A DNA stretch of 64,000 bases, taken from contig NC_068989.1 in the NCBI RefSeq assembly GCF_001194135.2, positions 38,838,765 to 38,902,764 on the forward strand, given 5' to 3'. How positions within the stretch are numbered: position 1 is the stretch's first letter; the number at the start of each line of letters is the position of its first letter. The notes under the pieces were generated by a model, which saw only the letters and a list, made by a program, of their open reading frames with translations, was not told where the DNA came from and ran no database searches. Of this stretch, positions 37,942 to 50,260 are shown piece by piece. This DNA is from Octopus bimaculoides. Lineage: Eukaryota. Position numbers and translations under genes: made by a program.

Positions 37942-39743
37942 ATTTGTGAAAGAGGACAACAAATGCTGAGGCACTACAAGCATCTCAAGTCATATACATC
38001 ATCTTATACTATTCTTAAATTAGTTGTCTTACAACTGTTTCTGGGATACCTAGAGAATGGAAATATTCAGATAAAAGATCTAGACATGGAAAATTCACAG
38101 ATAATAAGCAATGAAATAGAAGAGTAGAGAGTAAGGAAATAAGGAAATAGAGTTCACAGTTCATTTTTCAGGATGTATAGATGTTAGTCCAAATGTCCTT
38201 AGGTAAAATCTGAGGTAAATCCAGGCAGTATTACAGCAATGTATGAGGAGTGTGTTCACAGTATAAATACCCAGGTAATATTTTGGCAGAAATAAGAATG
38301 GTATGTTCATATTGAGATGGTTGGTTTGTGAGAGAATTACCATAAAAGTGGCTATTGAGCAAAGTGGAGAGAGAAAGGGAAAGAGAGGTTAATAAGGAGA
38401 GAGAGAGAAATTGGGATAGAGAGAGAAAGAAGGTAAGTGACAGGGTATTAGCAAGGATTAGTCAGAAGGATTGGTTAGAATACCCTCATAGGTAGGAATA
38501 TATCTATAGCTACTGACCATATCCATTTGTTCGTCCAAATGGGTATGGTCAATATGAAGGACGAACAAATGGGTACTAGAAAAGCTCGGTTGTGAGATGA
38601 CGCTTTGGTGAAAGATCACGAAGCGGAAGCTCCAGTTCTTTGGCCACGTCATGCGCCAGGATGGACTTGAGTGAACGATCATAACTGGCAAGGTGAACGG
38701 CAGACGTAAAAGAGGCAGACCATCCACTTCTTGGCTGAAAGCATCACATAGTGCGACACCTGACTAGAAGAAGAAGACTAACCATAATCAACTGAAACTT
38801 CATCTACTCAACAGATACAAACATTTACTGCTTGAACTCTTGCCTCAACCCTAAACTTGAGGAATAGTGCTGGCATCTTATTTATTATTCTCTTTATTTC
38901 TTTTCCTATTCTCCTTGATCCTTTTTATTTTTATGTTTTACTCTCCATTATTTTCCTCCTCTCTTCTTTTATCTGTACCCTTATTTTGACAATTTATTCT
39001 TATTTTTATTTTTTTCTACTTTTTCTAGTTTTTATCTTTTATTTTTATTTTATTACATTTTCACTTTTTATTCTGTATTTTTCTATTTCTGTCTTCATTT
39101 TTATTCTTCTGACTAATCCTTGCTAATACCCTGTTACTTACCTTCCTCTTCTCTCTGTACCCACAGGCTATCTCATTTCTCTCTCTCTCTTCTCATTAAC
39201 CTCTCTTTGCCTTTCTTTCTCTTTCTTTCACTTTCTTCTTCTCTCTCCACTTTGCTCAATAGTCACTTTTATGGTTATTCTCTCACAAACCAACCGTCTC
39301 AATATGAACAAACCATTCCCATTTCTGCCAAAATATTGCCTCGATATATATACTGTGAACACACTCATACATTGCTGTAATACTTCCTGGATTTACCTCG
39401 GATTGTACCTAAGCACATACAGACTAACATCCATACCTCCTAAAAAATGAACTGTGAACTCTATTTCCTTATTTCCTTACTCTCTACTCTTCTATTTCAT
39501 TGCTTATTATCTGTGAATTTTCCATGTCTAGATCTTTTATCTGAATATTTCCATTCTCTAGATCTTTCATATGTTCTCTATTTGTTTCTGACAGAATACC
39601 CCATATTCAGGCATACTTTCCTATCACTTGGGACATCCTGCAAACAGCTGTCAGACCCCAACTAATTTAAGAATAATATAAAATGTTGTATATGACTTGA
39701 GATGCTTGTTATGCCTCGGCATTTGTTGTCCTCTTCCACAAAT
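37942..39743. repeat. Large inverted repeat: arms 37942-38468 and 39106-39743
   Basis: For example ATTTGTGAAAGAGGACAACAAATGCTGAGGCA versus the reverse complement of TGCCTCGGCATTTGTTGTCCTCTTCCACAAAT. High identity over about 520 bp; the right arm has ~100 bp extra. Confidence 0.92.
38555..38778 (+). mobile_element. 5'-truncated RTE LINE 3' end
   Basis: RTNKWVLEKLGCEMTLW*KITKRKLQFFGHVMRQDGLE*TIITGKVNGRRKRGRPSTSW; (GAA)n tail. Confidence 0.9.
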
Positions 39744-39939
39744 TTTTATCTGCTAAATCGGAAACCTAAAATGAATCCATAGCTCTCGTCTCAGTTACAT
39801 GCTTAGAACCCTGATAATCTGTTACAGCACTTACCCAGTGTACTTATTCATTTAGATCACCAGTGAACTAAACTGTAAATCGCTGACCACTACATTTATA
39901 TTTTTTTTCTCCTTGTTTCTCTCCTTATTTCTTTGTGTT

Positions 39940-39976
39940 CCTTTCAGTTGAAGAGCGTAGCTCGAAATGTCAAATA
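39940..39976 (+). ncRNA. Degenerate hammerhead-like motif
   Basis: CTTT-CAGTTGA-A-GAGC-gta-GCTC-GAAA-TGTC-AAAT. Stem II, GAAA and GUC are kept; the core is mutated. Confidence 0.35.
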
Positions 39977-40063
39977 CTTTCTGTATTCCTGAGCATTAAA
40001 CTAATACAACCATTTGTTGTTTACACCACTTGTCTTCGTCTGTTGTTTTTTTCGTAAATTCTC

Positions 40064-40102
<39 letters not shown>

Positions 40103-40104
<2 letters not shown>

Positions 40105-40323
40105 GTTATCCCATGCCATATCATGGTTCACCTATCACGGTTTATTATTTAAGCTTACGTCGATTCCTCCATGGTGTTGTTTTGAATTTATAATAAAATA
40201 AATATATGCAAATTATAAAAACGATTTAAAAAATATACATTATAGTACTGTTTCTACTTCCGGATTTTCACCTAACATGGGGTGTTTTGGAATATAACAT
40301 CCATGATAGTCAAGGGATTACTG
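40103..40323. mobile_element. pogo/Tigger-type MITE
   Basis: TIRs CAGTTATCCCATGCCATATCATGG and reverse-complement CAGTAATCCCTTGACTATCATGG; TA at the right flank. Confidence 0.8.
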
Positions 40324-40870
40324 TACATCATATTCCATGTTGGTAGGGATTAGATAATTTGACAGGATATGATATTTTCCAGGCTTGCATTATCCCATCT
40401 CCGTATGGTTTCTCTAGCTAGTACCCTTCATAATATGAACAATTTTACAGAGTGTACTGCGTGCTTTGTTAACTTGTTTTTCCACATGAACTATTAACCT
40501 TTTAATTTTCTCCCAAAATACACTGAGTTACCATTTCTATTCACTTTGAAATCATTGAGATATATTTTTCCCAAGCAAATATTCAAAATAATTGTTGTTA
40601 GGAATTAAAAAATAACATCAATATATCTGCTACAACACGAAGTTGTTTGACTAAACCTATCTTTTCCCTTTGGTATAAATCATTAAGGAAAATAAATTTA
40701 CATGAAAATAAATATATATCTGCTAATAAGGGCTACAATTACCATCTATTGGAATGCCCTTAAATTGTTTAAACATCATTCCTACTACAGTAATATAAGT
40801 ATGATTATCGATAAAGCTAACCAACTTATTCAATCTACTCTTGCTTATGTTTATATGTATGGGTGTGTAC

Positions 40871-40874
<4 letters not shown>

Positions 40875-40955
<81 letters not shown>
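40875..40955. repeat. Long (TA)n microsatellite
   Basis: Direct inspection. Confidence 0.98.
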
Positions 40956-40965
<10 letters not shown>

Positions 40966-41346
40966 GTATATGCATGGATATGCACACACATGCATATGCG
41001 TGTATAAATATATGTATGTATGTATATCTATACACACACACATATGCATGTGTGTGTTGAGGAGCTTTGGAACTTTAAGTAAAGTAGATCAGAGTCAGCC
41101 TGTTATAACCTGTTATTAAATATGTTCAACTTGAACAAAATGCCTTGGGCTTATTTTGTTCTTTCATTTACTCACTTCTCTCTCTCGGTCTTCCTCCTCT
41201 GTTTCTTTGTGTCTTACTACACACACACACACACACACACACATAGAAACATGTGTGCATGTATATATACATTCAAACATAAATGCATGCAGATATATGT
41301 ATACACTCTCACACACACAAGCTCATATACACACACACATATTGTC

Positions 41347-41662
41347 TTGGCACTCTATCGGTTACGACGACAAGGGTTCCAGTTGATCTGATCAACAGAA
41401 CAGCCTGTTCATGAAATTAACATGCAAGTGGTTGAGCACTCTACAGACACATGTATCTTTAACATAGTTCTCTGGAGGAGATTCAGCGTGACACAGAGTG
41501 TGACAAGGCTGGCCCTTTGAAATACAGGCACAACAGAAACCGGAAGTAAGAGTGAGGGAAAGTTATGGTGAAAGAGTGCCACACCCTGCCGGGTCTGAGA
41601 ATCAAAACTGCAATCCTATGACTGTGAGTCGACTGCCCTAACCACTGGGCCATTGCACCTCC
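41347..41662 (-). mobile_element. Family B SINE with internal deletion
   Basis: Collinear with the 52706-53079 copy but lacks about 60 bp after the tRNA head. Confidence 0.9.
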
Positions 41663-42717
41663 ACTTGCACATATATGTACATATAATCATACATACATAC
41701 ATACATGCATACAGTTATTTATATACACTCACACACCACACACACATAACTGTTCAAGTGTGTAGATTGTATGAACTTATATGCATCTGTGCATATGTGT
41801 TTATCTATGCGAATCAATTTTAGCCAAATGTCTTCTATTAAGGCATTACAAAATAAACTAGCCAGAAACTATGCTTAAGTATGAGCAATAGACTGTATCT
41901 ATAACTCGAGGGGCTAGTCTTGTCACATATATTACTTCAGACTGACCCTACCTGGCTAGGGTGCACTTTATTCCAGAATATTAAGCTATTTGTGCACCAG
42001 TATTGTGTATAGGTGGTTCAATTGATCACAAAACTGAGAATAATCATCGTTGAGACTGACAAAGCACCCATTTACTTTATATTTTTACACATATTAACAC
42101 ACACACATATGTTTGCTAACACATACGTCTATGCTTTCAAACATATATTCTTAATATTGATTTCCGTGGAAATTGTGGTGTATTTTGCCTAATTATCTTA
42201 AATATGTATACTTGCCATGGTCTCCTTTGTTATTAGCATCAGCTTACCCTCCACTACCACTTACCCTCCACTACCACTACAGCTTCAGAATACGTTTTTG
42301 TTTATTTCACAAATAAAGTGCCAACACCAAAGGAAAATGGTAAAATAATATGTATGTGTGTGTGTGAAAATGAGAAAGTGAAAATAATGAAAATACATAA
42401 AAAGGAACACATTAAAACATTATAATGTATCATTAGACAACATTTGATAACATTACTGTTGTTTTGTTTTTGTTTGTTTGGTTAGTTCTCAAACAACTTT
42501 GAAATTTTTTTCAAACAATAATAAATGATAAATATATTTGGTCATTTTTCTGTGCTGGAATCTGTTCGATAAATACACATTTCTAAGGCACTCTTTTACA
42601 GCAGTGCCCCTCCTGACACCAAATATATGTAACTTAGCACTTTTTCATGCNNNNNNNNNNNNNNNNNNNNNNNNNNNNNNNNNNNNNNNNNNNNNNNNNN
42701 NNNNNNNNNNNNNNNNN

Positions 42718-42751
<34 letters not shown>

Positions 42752-42801
42752 AGTATGTATGATGGGCTTCTTTCAGTTTCCATCAACTAAATCCACTCAC
42801 T

Positions 42802-42995
42802 GTCAAAGGCTTTCTCCATGTCAACAAAGGCCAAGTACAGAGGTTTATCTTTGGTAATGTATTTCTCCTGAAAATGCTTTACCAGAAATATAGCACCAGT
42901 GGTGCTTCTCCCTGACACAAAAACCAAACTGCATCTCATCTAGACTAACTCTCTCCCTAATTATAAGCCCTAAAATTCACTCTATAATTACCCAT
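42802..42995 (-). mobile_element. RTE reverse transcriptase fragment
   Basis: IRERVSLDEMQFGF...RSTTGAIFLVKHFQEKYITKDKPLYLAFVDMEKAFD. Confidence 0.9.
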
Positions 42996-43109
42996 TTATA
43001 TCTGCACTAGGTCTGCTTAAGAGGTTATTGTGTCCTAGCATATGTGCAGCCTCGTTTAATTTTTGTATTTTCCAGTGGTATTCTCTGTCAAAAAATGATA
43101 TCAGCAGAA

Positions 43110-43283
43110 AAATAACATCAGCAAAATACCCTAGGAATGAGAACAGTGTACCCCGTTAGTCAAAAAAGGGTTGGGTTCGAAATTCCACCAACACACCTGA
43201 TGAAGGCTGAAAAGTACATTAGCTGAAATGTTGCAGTAATAACAAACAAGATGAGGACACCTATCTGTCCATTGTAAATAATG
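43110..43283 (+). mobile_element. Old family G copy with decayed hammerhead
   Basis: AAAATACCCTAGGAATGAGAAC...GGTTCGAAAT...ACAC-CTGATGA-AGGCTG-aaaagtacat-TAGCT-GAAAT-GTT...AACAAACAAGATGAGGAC, collinear with the reverse complement of 14375-14600. Confidence 0.8.
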
Positions 43284-45094
43284 GAGATAATGCCACTCTG
43301 TTTTTGGAAAAGAAATTAATTGTATTGTTGATAGAAAGGCAGAAAAGGTAGGAAGCAGTGAAGCGGAGTGGGAGACATAGCCTGCCAAATGAAGGGCAAA
43401 CTTATTGAAGTTGTAACATGTTGTTGACAACATAGTGTCTTAATATATTATAATGAGAAATTGAAAGAGAGAGATTATGCCACTCTGTCATCCCAGCATA
43501 GATGTTGGTGGCTTAACAATCATGGGTGGACTCCAATTTAGGAAGTATTGTTCAAGTTTGCCTTCTTTTGGAATGAAGAAAGGTATGTAAAAATAACAGT
43601 GCTATTTCAGTAGAATTCTACAAATGCGTAAAACATTGAACAAAAGAGAAACTTTAGAAGCAAATAAAAATATTGCCTGAAAATGACCTCAAAATTGTGT
43701 GACCTGACCTTGTTTCCAAGGTTATTTTAGTAGTAAAAAAAAGGGTTGTGCCAAAAACATACTTTATTTGGTAGCCAAAAGATTACTGAATTTTTTGACA
43801 CCACATACGTCAAAATTGACAATTCAGTTTTCAAATCCATAAGGAACATATGCATGCGGGTGCACTCACACACACACATACACACACACACACACACACA
43901 AACAAACAAACTCTGTTTTATTATATAAGATATGTATTTACTGCATTCATCATTTGATTATAAATGCATCCTCTATTCTAATCTGCATTGTCTTTATTTT
44001 CTCAAAATGTTGGTTAGCTGATAATGCTGAATTTATCCTCTTAGTATGTTGTTTTTTGCTTTTTAAGCTCTCACTCCAAGTGTGGGATTTTTGTGTTATT
44101 TGCAAGGATAATTTCATTTAATCAAAGCTTATCAATTCACTACATTACATCTGTGATACCCTGCAGTATATGTATTTAGTATAGAGTACATGCTCTGAGA
44201 AATTTATCCTCTTTGCCATTGTTGTTATTCGTAATCAGCATTATCATATTCTTTATGCTTCTTAAGCACATGCAAACACACTCTGATTACTTCTCAGCTT
44301 TATCTCCTAAGTAGGATATCTTCTCTGAAGATATCTAATAAGCAGGTAATCCATTGCTTTACAAATTATGTCATCTACTTGATATCATGATAATAAATAA
44401 TGGCATTGATATTTACCACATATGATCACTTGAATATTCTCTTGGGCAGGTCTATACCAACTGATAGACTAATTAAAGCAATATGCAATATATCATCAGG
44501 GATAGAATTTCATCATCGTTCTCACTATCTTTCCTATTATCTACTTCAGCCCTGTCAGTATGTCTGTTCTATTAAAACTGTCCAACGGATTTTCATCATC
44601 AATACTAATATGCCAATGCAGAAGTCTGTATGTTGTGGTTGAGCCTGTCAGAAACAGCAGTCAAATCTCCCTGAAATTAATCCTCGCTCCCTCAACAATC
44701 TTAGAAAAGAATTTATGTATTTAATAATACATAGTACCATGTATAAGAGATATGCTCAGTAAAGAATAATCTGAGACTAAAGAATGACAACATACTTATT
44801 ACCTTTAAGATAACATTGATATATTCCAGTTTAGCATGGATTAGAAATGTTTTCTGCAGCAACAATCTCTTGATCTTACATCATCTTTCTATAAAGCTGC
44901 TATGTTGAGAGCTATTTTTCTTGAAGTTTTGAATGATTATTCGTTTGTTTTATTCTTCTATTGCAAATCAGTCAACTGATTTCACGATGCAATTCTGAAC
45001 AAAACCCAAGTCAGGTTTGCTAAAAAAATATTGCCATTACTTTTGTACTTTATGAATATATCCATCTATAATGGTGTCCTGATAAGTATCTGTC

Positions 45095-45452
45095 TTTTAT
45101 TTGTTTCGGTCATTTGACTGTGGCCTTGAAGGGTTTTAGGTAAACAAATTGACCCCAGGACATACTATTTTTTAAAGCTTAGTACTTATTCTATTGGCCT
45201 TTTTACTGAACTGCTTAGTTACAGGGATGTAAACACACCAACATCAGTTGTCAAGTGGTGGTGTGAGGCACACGCCAGACACAAAAATGCATAAACATAG
45301 ATATATATATATATACATATATATATGATGGGCTTTTTACAGTTTCTGTCTACCAAGTCCACTTACAAGACCAAGGTGCCACTCAGTGGGAGTGAACCCG
45401 GAACCATGTGGTTTGGGGAAATAATTTTCTTACCATACATCTTTGCCTGCGC
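45095..45452 (-). mobile_element. Family A SINE, near full length
   Basis: Both halves present around an internal (TA)n. Confidence 0.85.
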
Positions 45453-46069
45453 TTATATATTGGGATAAACTTATTAGATAGGTAAGTAAACATAAAAGTA
45501 GTATCTGAAAAAATGGTGATAGTCTGCATTAGCAAAATTAAGACTTAAATCATCTTATTTTAAAGGTTTATTAAACTGTCATTTTAGATGTGTTTCTATG
45601 ACAATGTTTATTCTAGAAAATATTGGTGTTGCATATTCTGATATCATCACCTTTTGTTGGTTCTTTTATTTTATGTTCACTTCCCCATGTTATAAGTCGA
45701 ATGCAGACATATAAGGTAGCCTTTTATAGTTGGATGGTTTTCCTGTCACTAACTCTTACCCACTTTTCAGATAAGGAATATTTTATTTCATTCCAGTTGT
45801 CTTTGGTAGCAGGATGTGGTGAAAAGTATTGTTAACAAGGAATGTAAACATCACATTACTGTTGCTTCTGTTTGGTAACAAGCAAAGACAAGGAATGTTA
45901 ACAGTTGCACACAAACACAGAAACACACACACATACATATACAATACTCATCATAAAATAAGATACATGATATAGGGCTTAAGGTCCCTTTAGTCTTATC
46001 TCACCAAGAACTATTTAGAGTCTCTGATGTTAGTGTCATGATAAAATGTGCCCACTTCATTCTGTAACA

Positions 46070-46220
46070 TGGTTGGAAATAGAAAGGATGTCCAGCTGAA
46101 AGAAGCACCAGTCTAGGGGAGCATTGACTTTCAATAACCTGCCTTGGACTGTGACAATCCATCTAACCCATGCCAACATGGAAAGTGGACATAAAGTAAT
46201 AATAATAATAATGATGATGA
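46070..46220 (+). mobile_element. Family D, old copy
   Basis: CCATCTAACCCATGCCAACATGGAAAGTGGACATAAAGTAATAATAAT tail. Confidence 0.65.
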
Positions 46221-46564
46221 TAAAGATAATATAAAATAAAGACAAATGATTTATTATAAGTTAGAGAAACTTTTTATCATTATCTTCTTTTTCATATTTC
46301 AAAGTAATATATTGAAATCCTTACTTGTGAAAACTGTTGTTAAAAACAGGTTCTCTGCACACAGGTCAGAGATATTTCTCTATGGACTAAGTCTAACATC
46401 TAGTAACAATTCTCCATTGAAATTCACTACCTTACTATTTTGGTAGTGCTTTTGGAGAGAGAGATATGATAATACTTCAATCTCATGTATTTTTAAGATT
46501 TTGCCCTTATTTAAGCAATGACTTTTAAAAAGAAATGAAGATAAAATAAATCATTATTATTATT

Positions 46565-47164
46565 GAGTGAGAGAGAGCAGTGCATGCCATCAAAGTGACA
46601 CTGGGGTACAAATGTAAACAAATCCCAATATACCCATCATGACTACCTGGCTGAATAGAGTACAGCAGGTACATGCATCATAACCATATGCGCAAGACAT
46701 TGTAGCCCCATATCAAGATAAACAGTGCATGACCTTGCAGGTGAAGCCCATTTAGAATGTTCATCAAGTCAAAAAGCCCATCCTCCTCAAAAGATCCTTC
46801 AATAAGTATTGTTTAAGGATTAGCAATACACCCATGTTTCCAGAGGTCAATTATTCAAACTGCAAATAATCCCTCTCAGCACATGGCTATGTTCAGAGAT
46901 GCACTCATCATGATTAGAGATGCTTGTGATCAGAGATTCTCATAATCAGAGATTCTCATTATTAGAGATGCACATATTGTCCACCACTAAAGAATATACT
47001 CAACTGGTTGAGGTCAAGCAACTGACGAGAAAATATGTGGTATGAGCAGAATATTTGCTGTAGCCCGTCTTTTACACCAAGACAAAACATGTGCATGGTA
47101 AAGTTTCCAATCAGTTAAGATCAGAAGCCATAAGAACCACTGCCTGATATCACATCAGGGCATT
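46565..47164 (-). mobile_element. ~550-600-bp non-coding element embedded in (ATT)n, copy 1 (family F)
   Basis: Collinear with 47244-47793; both copies start GAGTGAGAGAG and end GGGCATT on the + strand. Orientation is inferred from a presumed (AAT)n tail. Confidence 0.8.
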
Positions 47165-47243
47165 TATTATTATTATTGCTGTCGTTGTTGTTGTTGTTGT
47201 TATTGCTACTGTTGCTGCTACTGCTACTAGTGTTATTATTATT

Positions 47244-47790
47244 GAGTGAGAGAGCAGTGCATGACATCAAAGTGACACTGGAATAAAATATACAAAGCCC
47301 ATTATACCCATCATGACTACCCGTCTGATAAAGGTACACCAGGCACATACATCACAACCATATGTGCGCGACATGGTGATTTCATATCAAGATAAACAGC
47401 GCATGACTTCACAGGTGGAGTCCAGTTAGAATTTTCTTCAGGTCGAGTAGCCCACTCAAAAGGTCCCTGAATAAGATTTATTTAAGGATGTTGAGCAAAG
47501 AACTCATGTTTCCAAAGGTGACATTCAAACTCCAAAGAATTCCTCTCAACACATGACTATGATGCTCCCCCACTACTTCTGCTCCCGATCAGAGATGCAC
47601 ATATCGTCAGCCACCAAGGGACATGCTCAACTGGTTACGGTCAAACAACTGACAAGCAAATCTGTGGTATTGAGCAGAATATTTGCTGTAGCCTATCTTT
47701 TATACCAAGACAAAACAATGTACATGACAACACTTCCAATCAGTTAAGATCAGAAGCCATGAGAGCCACTGCCTGGTACTGCATCCGGGC

Positions 47791-47793
<3 letters not shown>
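47244..47793 (-). mobile_element. Family F, copy 2
   Basis: As copy 1; followed by about 100 bp of (ATT)n(CAT)n. Confidence 0.8.
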
Positions 47794-47877
<84 letters not shown>

Positions 47878-49099
47878 CATCATCATCATCATCATTATTA
47901 TTATGTGGGTGATGAATTGGCAGAAATGGTAGAGTATCAAACAAAATGTCTTTAGGTATTTAATCATGGCTGCTTTAAGACTGTTGCGTGTGGCTTGATT
48001 GATCATGATTCGATTGGCTGTCTTGTCATATGATCAATTACCTTTCTAAGAGATCAGTTACTTATTTCTGACTTTTCAAATTGAAACAAAAACTAAAACT
48101 TTATTAAAATGGGGCCTTCAAAAAATATATAAAAAATATTTTTGTGAGGTTTGTAGTTTATTAAGGATAGATACAGCTCTTGAAAGGAGGAGGAAGTGTA
48201 AGAAAAAACATGTCTTTCTCTTGTAGTTATACACCTTAGAGAGGAAGATGCTTATTGTTATGTTCCAAGGTATAGATATATGGACAGTGATAATCTTAAT
48301 AAGAATGTACTTCAGATGTGAAGGTCATTTTGTAAACGGTTCCTCATTGAAATGATAGTGAAGAGCATGAAACTCTTGAGTTCTATGAGGTAACCAGGTT
48401 TTACGGAAAATCCTTCAGTTCTAAACAACAATACAAGTAGAATTAATATAACAGCAATTACAGGGTATTACACTGTCAGCAACAACAACAGCAGCAGTGG
48501 TCAATAACAATGATATCTAGATTATAACAGCAACTGCAGTCACAGATTCTGTGGGGCATGATGAGCCCTGTGGAAAAACCTCTCAGTAAATGTTGTACCA
48601 ATTAGAAATAGCAACCAAATCTTCCTCAGATTACACCCTACTGATAATGTAGTCCTGGATATAAAAGAAATGAGAGAGTTGTAGTGGAAATATTTTTGAT
48701 CTAAGGTCTGCCTAGTCAAAGCTGACTTAGTGCTAAATTTGAAATAAAAAACAAAAACAGAACTATGTTGAACACCAAAACAAGAACTACTACTGCAATA
48801 AGTTTTTCAATATTTTCAACAAGGCAAACAGCACAAGCAATCAGAAGTACCACAGTAACAGCAATGTCGCAATCCTTACTCCTTTAAATTCCCTAGAAGA
48901 AAGAGTTACTCATTACTTCATTTGCAAGAATTGGTAAAGATTTTGTTACAGCCTCATTGGTGATGATGATGGATAACACATCAGTTTTGATGATGTGAAT
49001 TAAAAATGAGCAATCAGCAGAAGAATATATTCATTCAATTATGATTATATGCATCTTTAATTATCAATCTATCTATCTACCTACACACCCACCCATCTA

Positions 49100-49177
<78 letters not shown>

Positions 49178-50194
49178 TGGCTGAGTTTTCCAAGTGAACT
49201 TGTACCCTTAACATAACCCTTATGTGCAATCAGCAATTCAGCGTGTGATGCACCTTGATGCTTTGAATTACCTGTATAATAAATCTGAGTTTCATACACT
49301 TATGATCTATCTGGTTTCACTCACAGGTCTTGGATTGAACCAAAGTTATTGTAAAAGATAGTTACTGAGCTATGGGGTTTAATATTGTTGTTAGATTAGA
49401 ATCTAGATTGTGAATCCAACTTCTTGAACATCTGGCCACGCTTTTACTATCATAATTCAATCAGAATTAGAAATACCATAGTGTATTGCTTGGATCCCAT
49501 TTGCTTTATTTCTTTTTATTTCCTAGTGAAAAATAAATATCACTTCTACTTCACTGTTAAGTGGAAGGACATCCATGGAAAATAGGTTGTCTATTAATTC
49601 ATATGCAAATATTGAGATCAAACAAAGTCATATAAACTTCATCTTGCCAAATTATATTTCACTCTACAATAAAAAACTTCCCTTTGAGTTCGGGTGGTAA
49701 ATGCATCCAAATTGATTTTAAAATACAAATTAAATATTGATTTACAACATTGATGTTTCTTACAGAAAACGAAAAAAAAAAAGCCAGTCACTGCAGAAAT
49801 TCTGCATACCACTAATCCCTACTTATCAAGTATCATGGCTAAATATGACATTTTTTTTTTTATTTATCTTACGGTCAGAAACCTAACCCTCTTTTTTTGT
49901 TTTTGTTTCCTCATATGGGGTTATTTACAAAGACTCGCTTGGATAGACATTAATTGGTTAGCAAGCTGGAAAAGCCAAATGTATGAAATGAAAGTTCAGT
50001 CACAAAGTAGAAAAAAAAGGAAACGGAGAGAATGGACAGACAGACATGGATTGATGGATGAAGAAATAGATGGATAGATAGATAGATAGATAGACAGAGA
50101 GAGAGAGAGAGAGAGAAATCAGTAGGTGCCTACACTAAGAGACTGAGAGAGAGAGAGACACAAATAAAGGGACTGCTTATAAGTTAGTACGAAA

Positions 50195-50260
<66 letters not shown>

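Noticed and set aside
47760-47793. Family F end (minus TACCAGGCAGTGG) resembles U1 snRNA TACCTGGCAGGGG
   Set aside because: Only 11 of 13 nt match, with no further U1 similarity or Sm site.
48227-48269. Possible 43-nt exon (TCTTTCTCTTGTAG acceptor, AAG/GTATAG donor)
   Set aside because: Too short to judge, with no homology or partner exons; needs RNA-seq.
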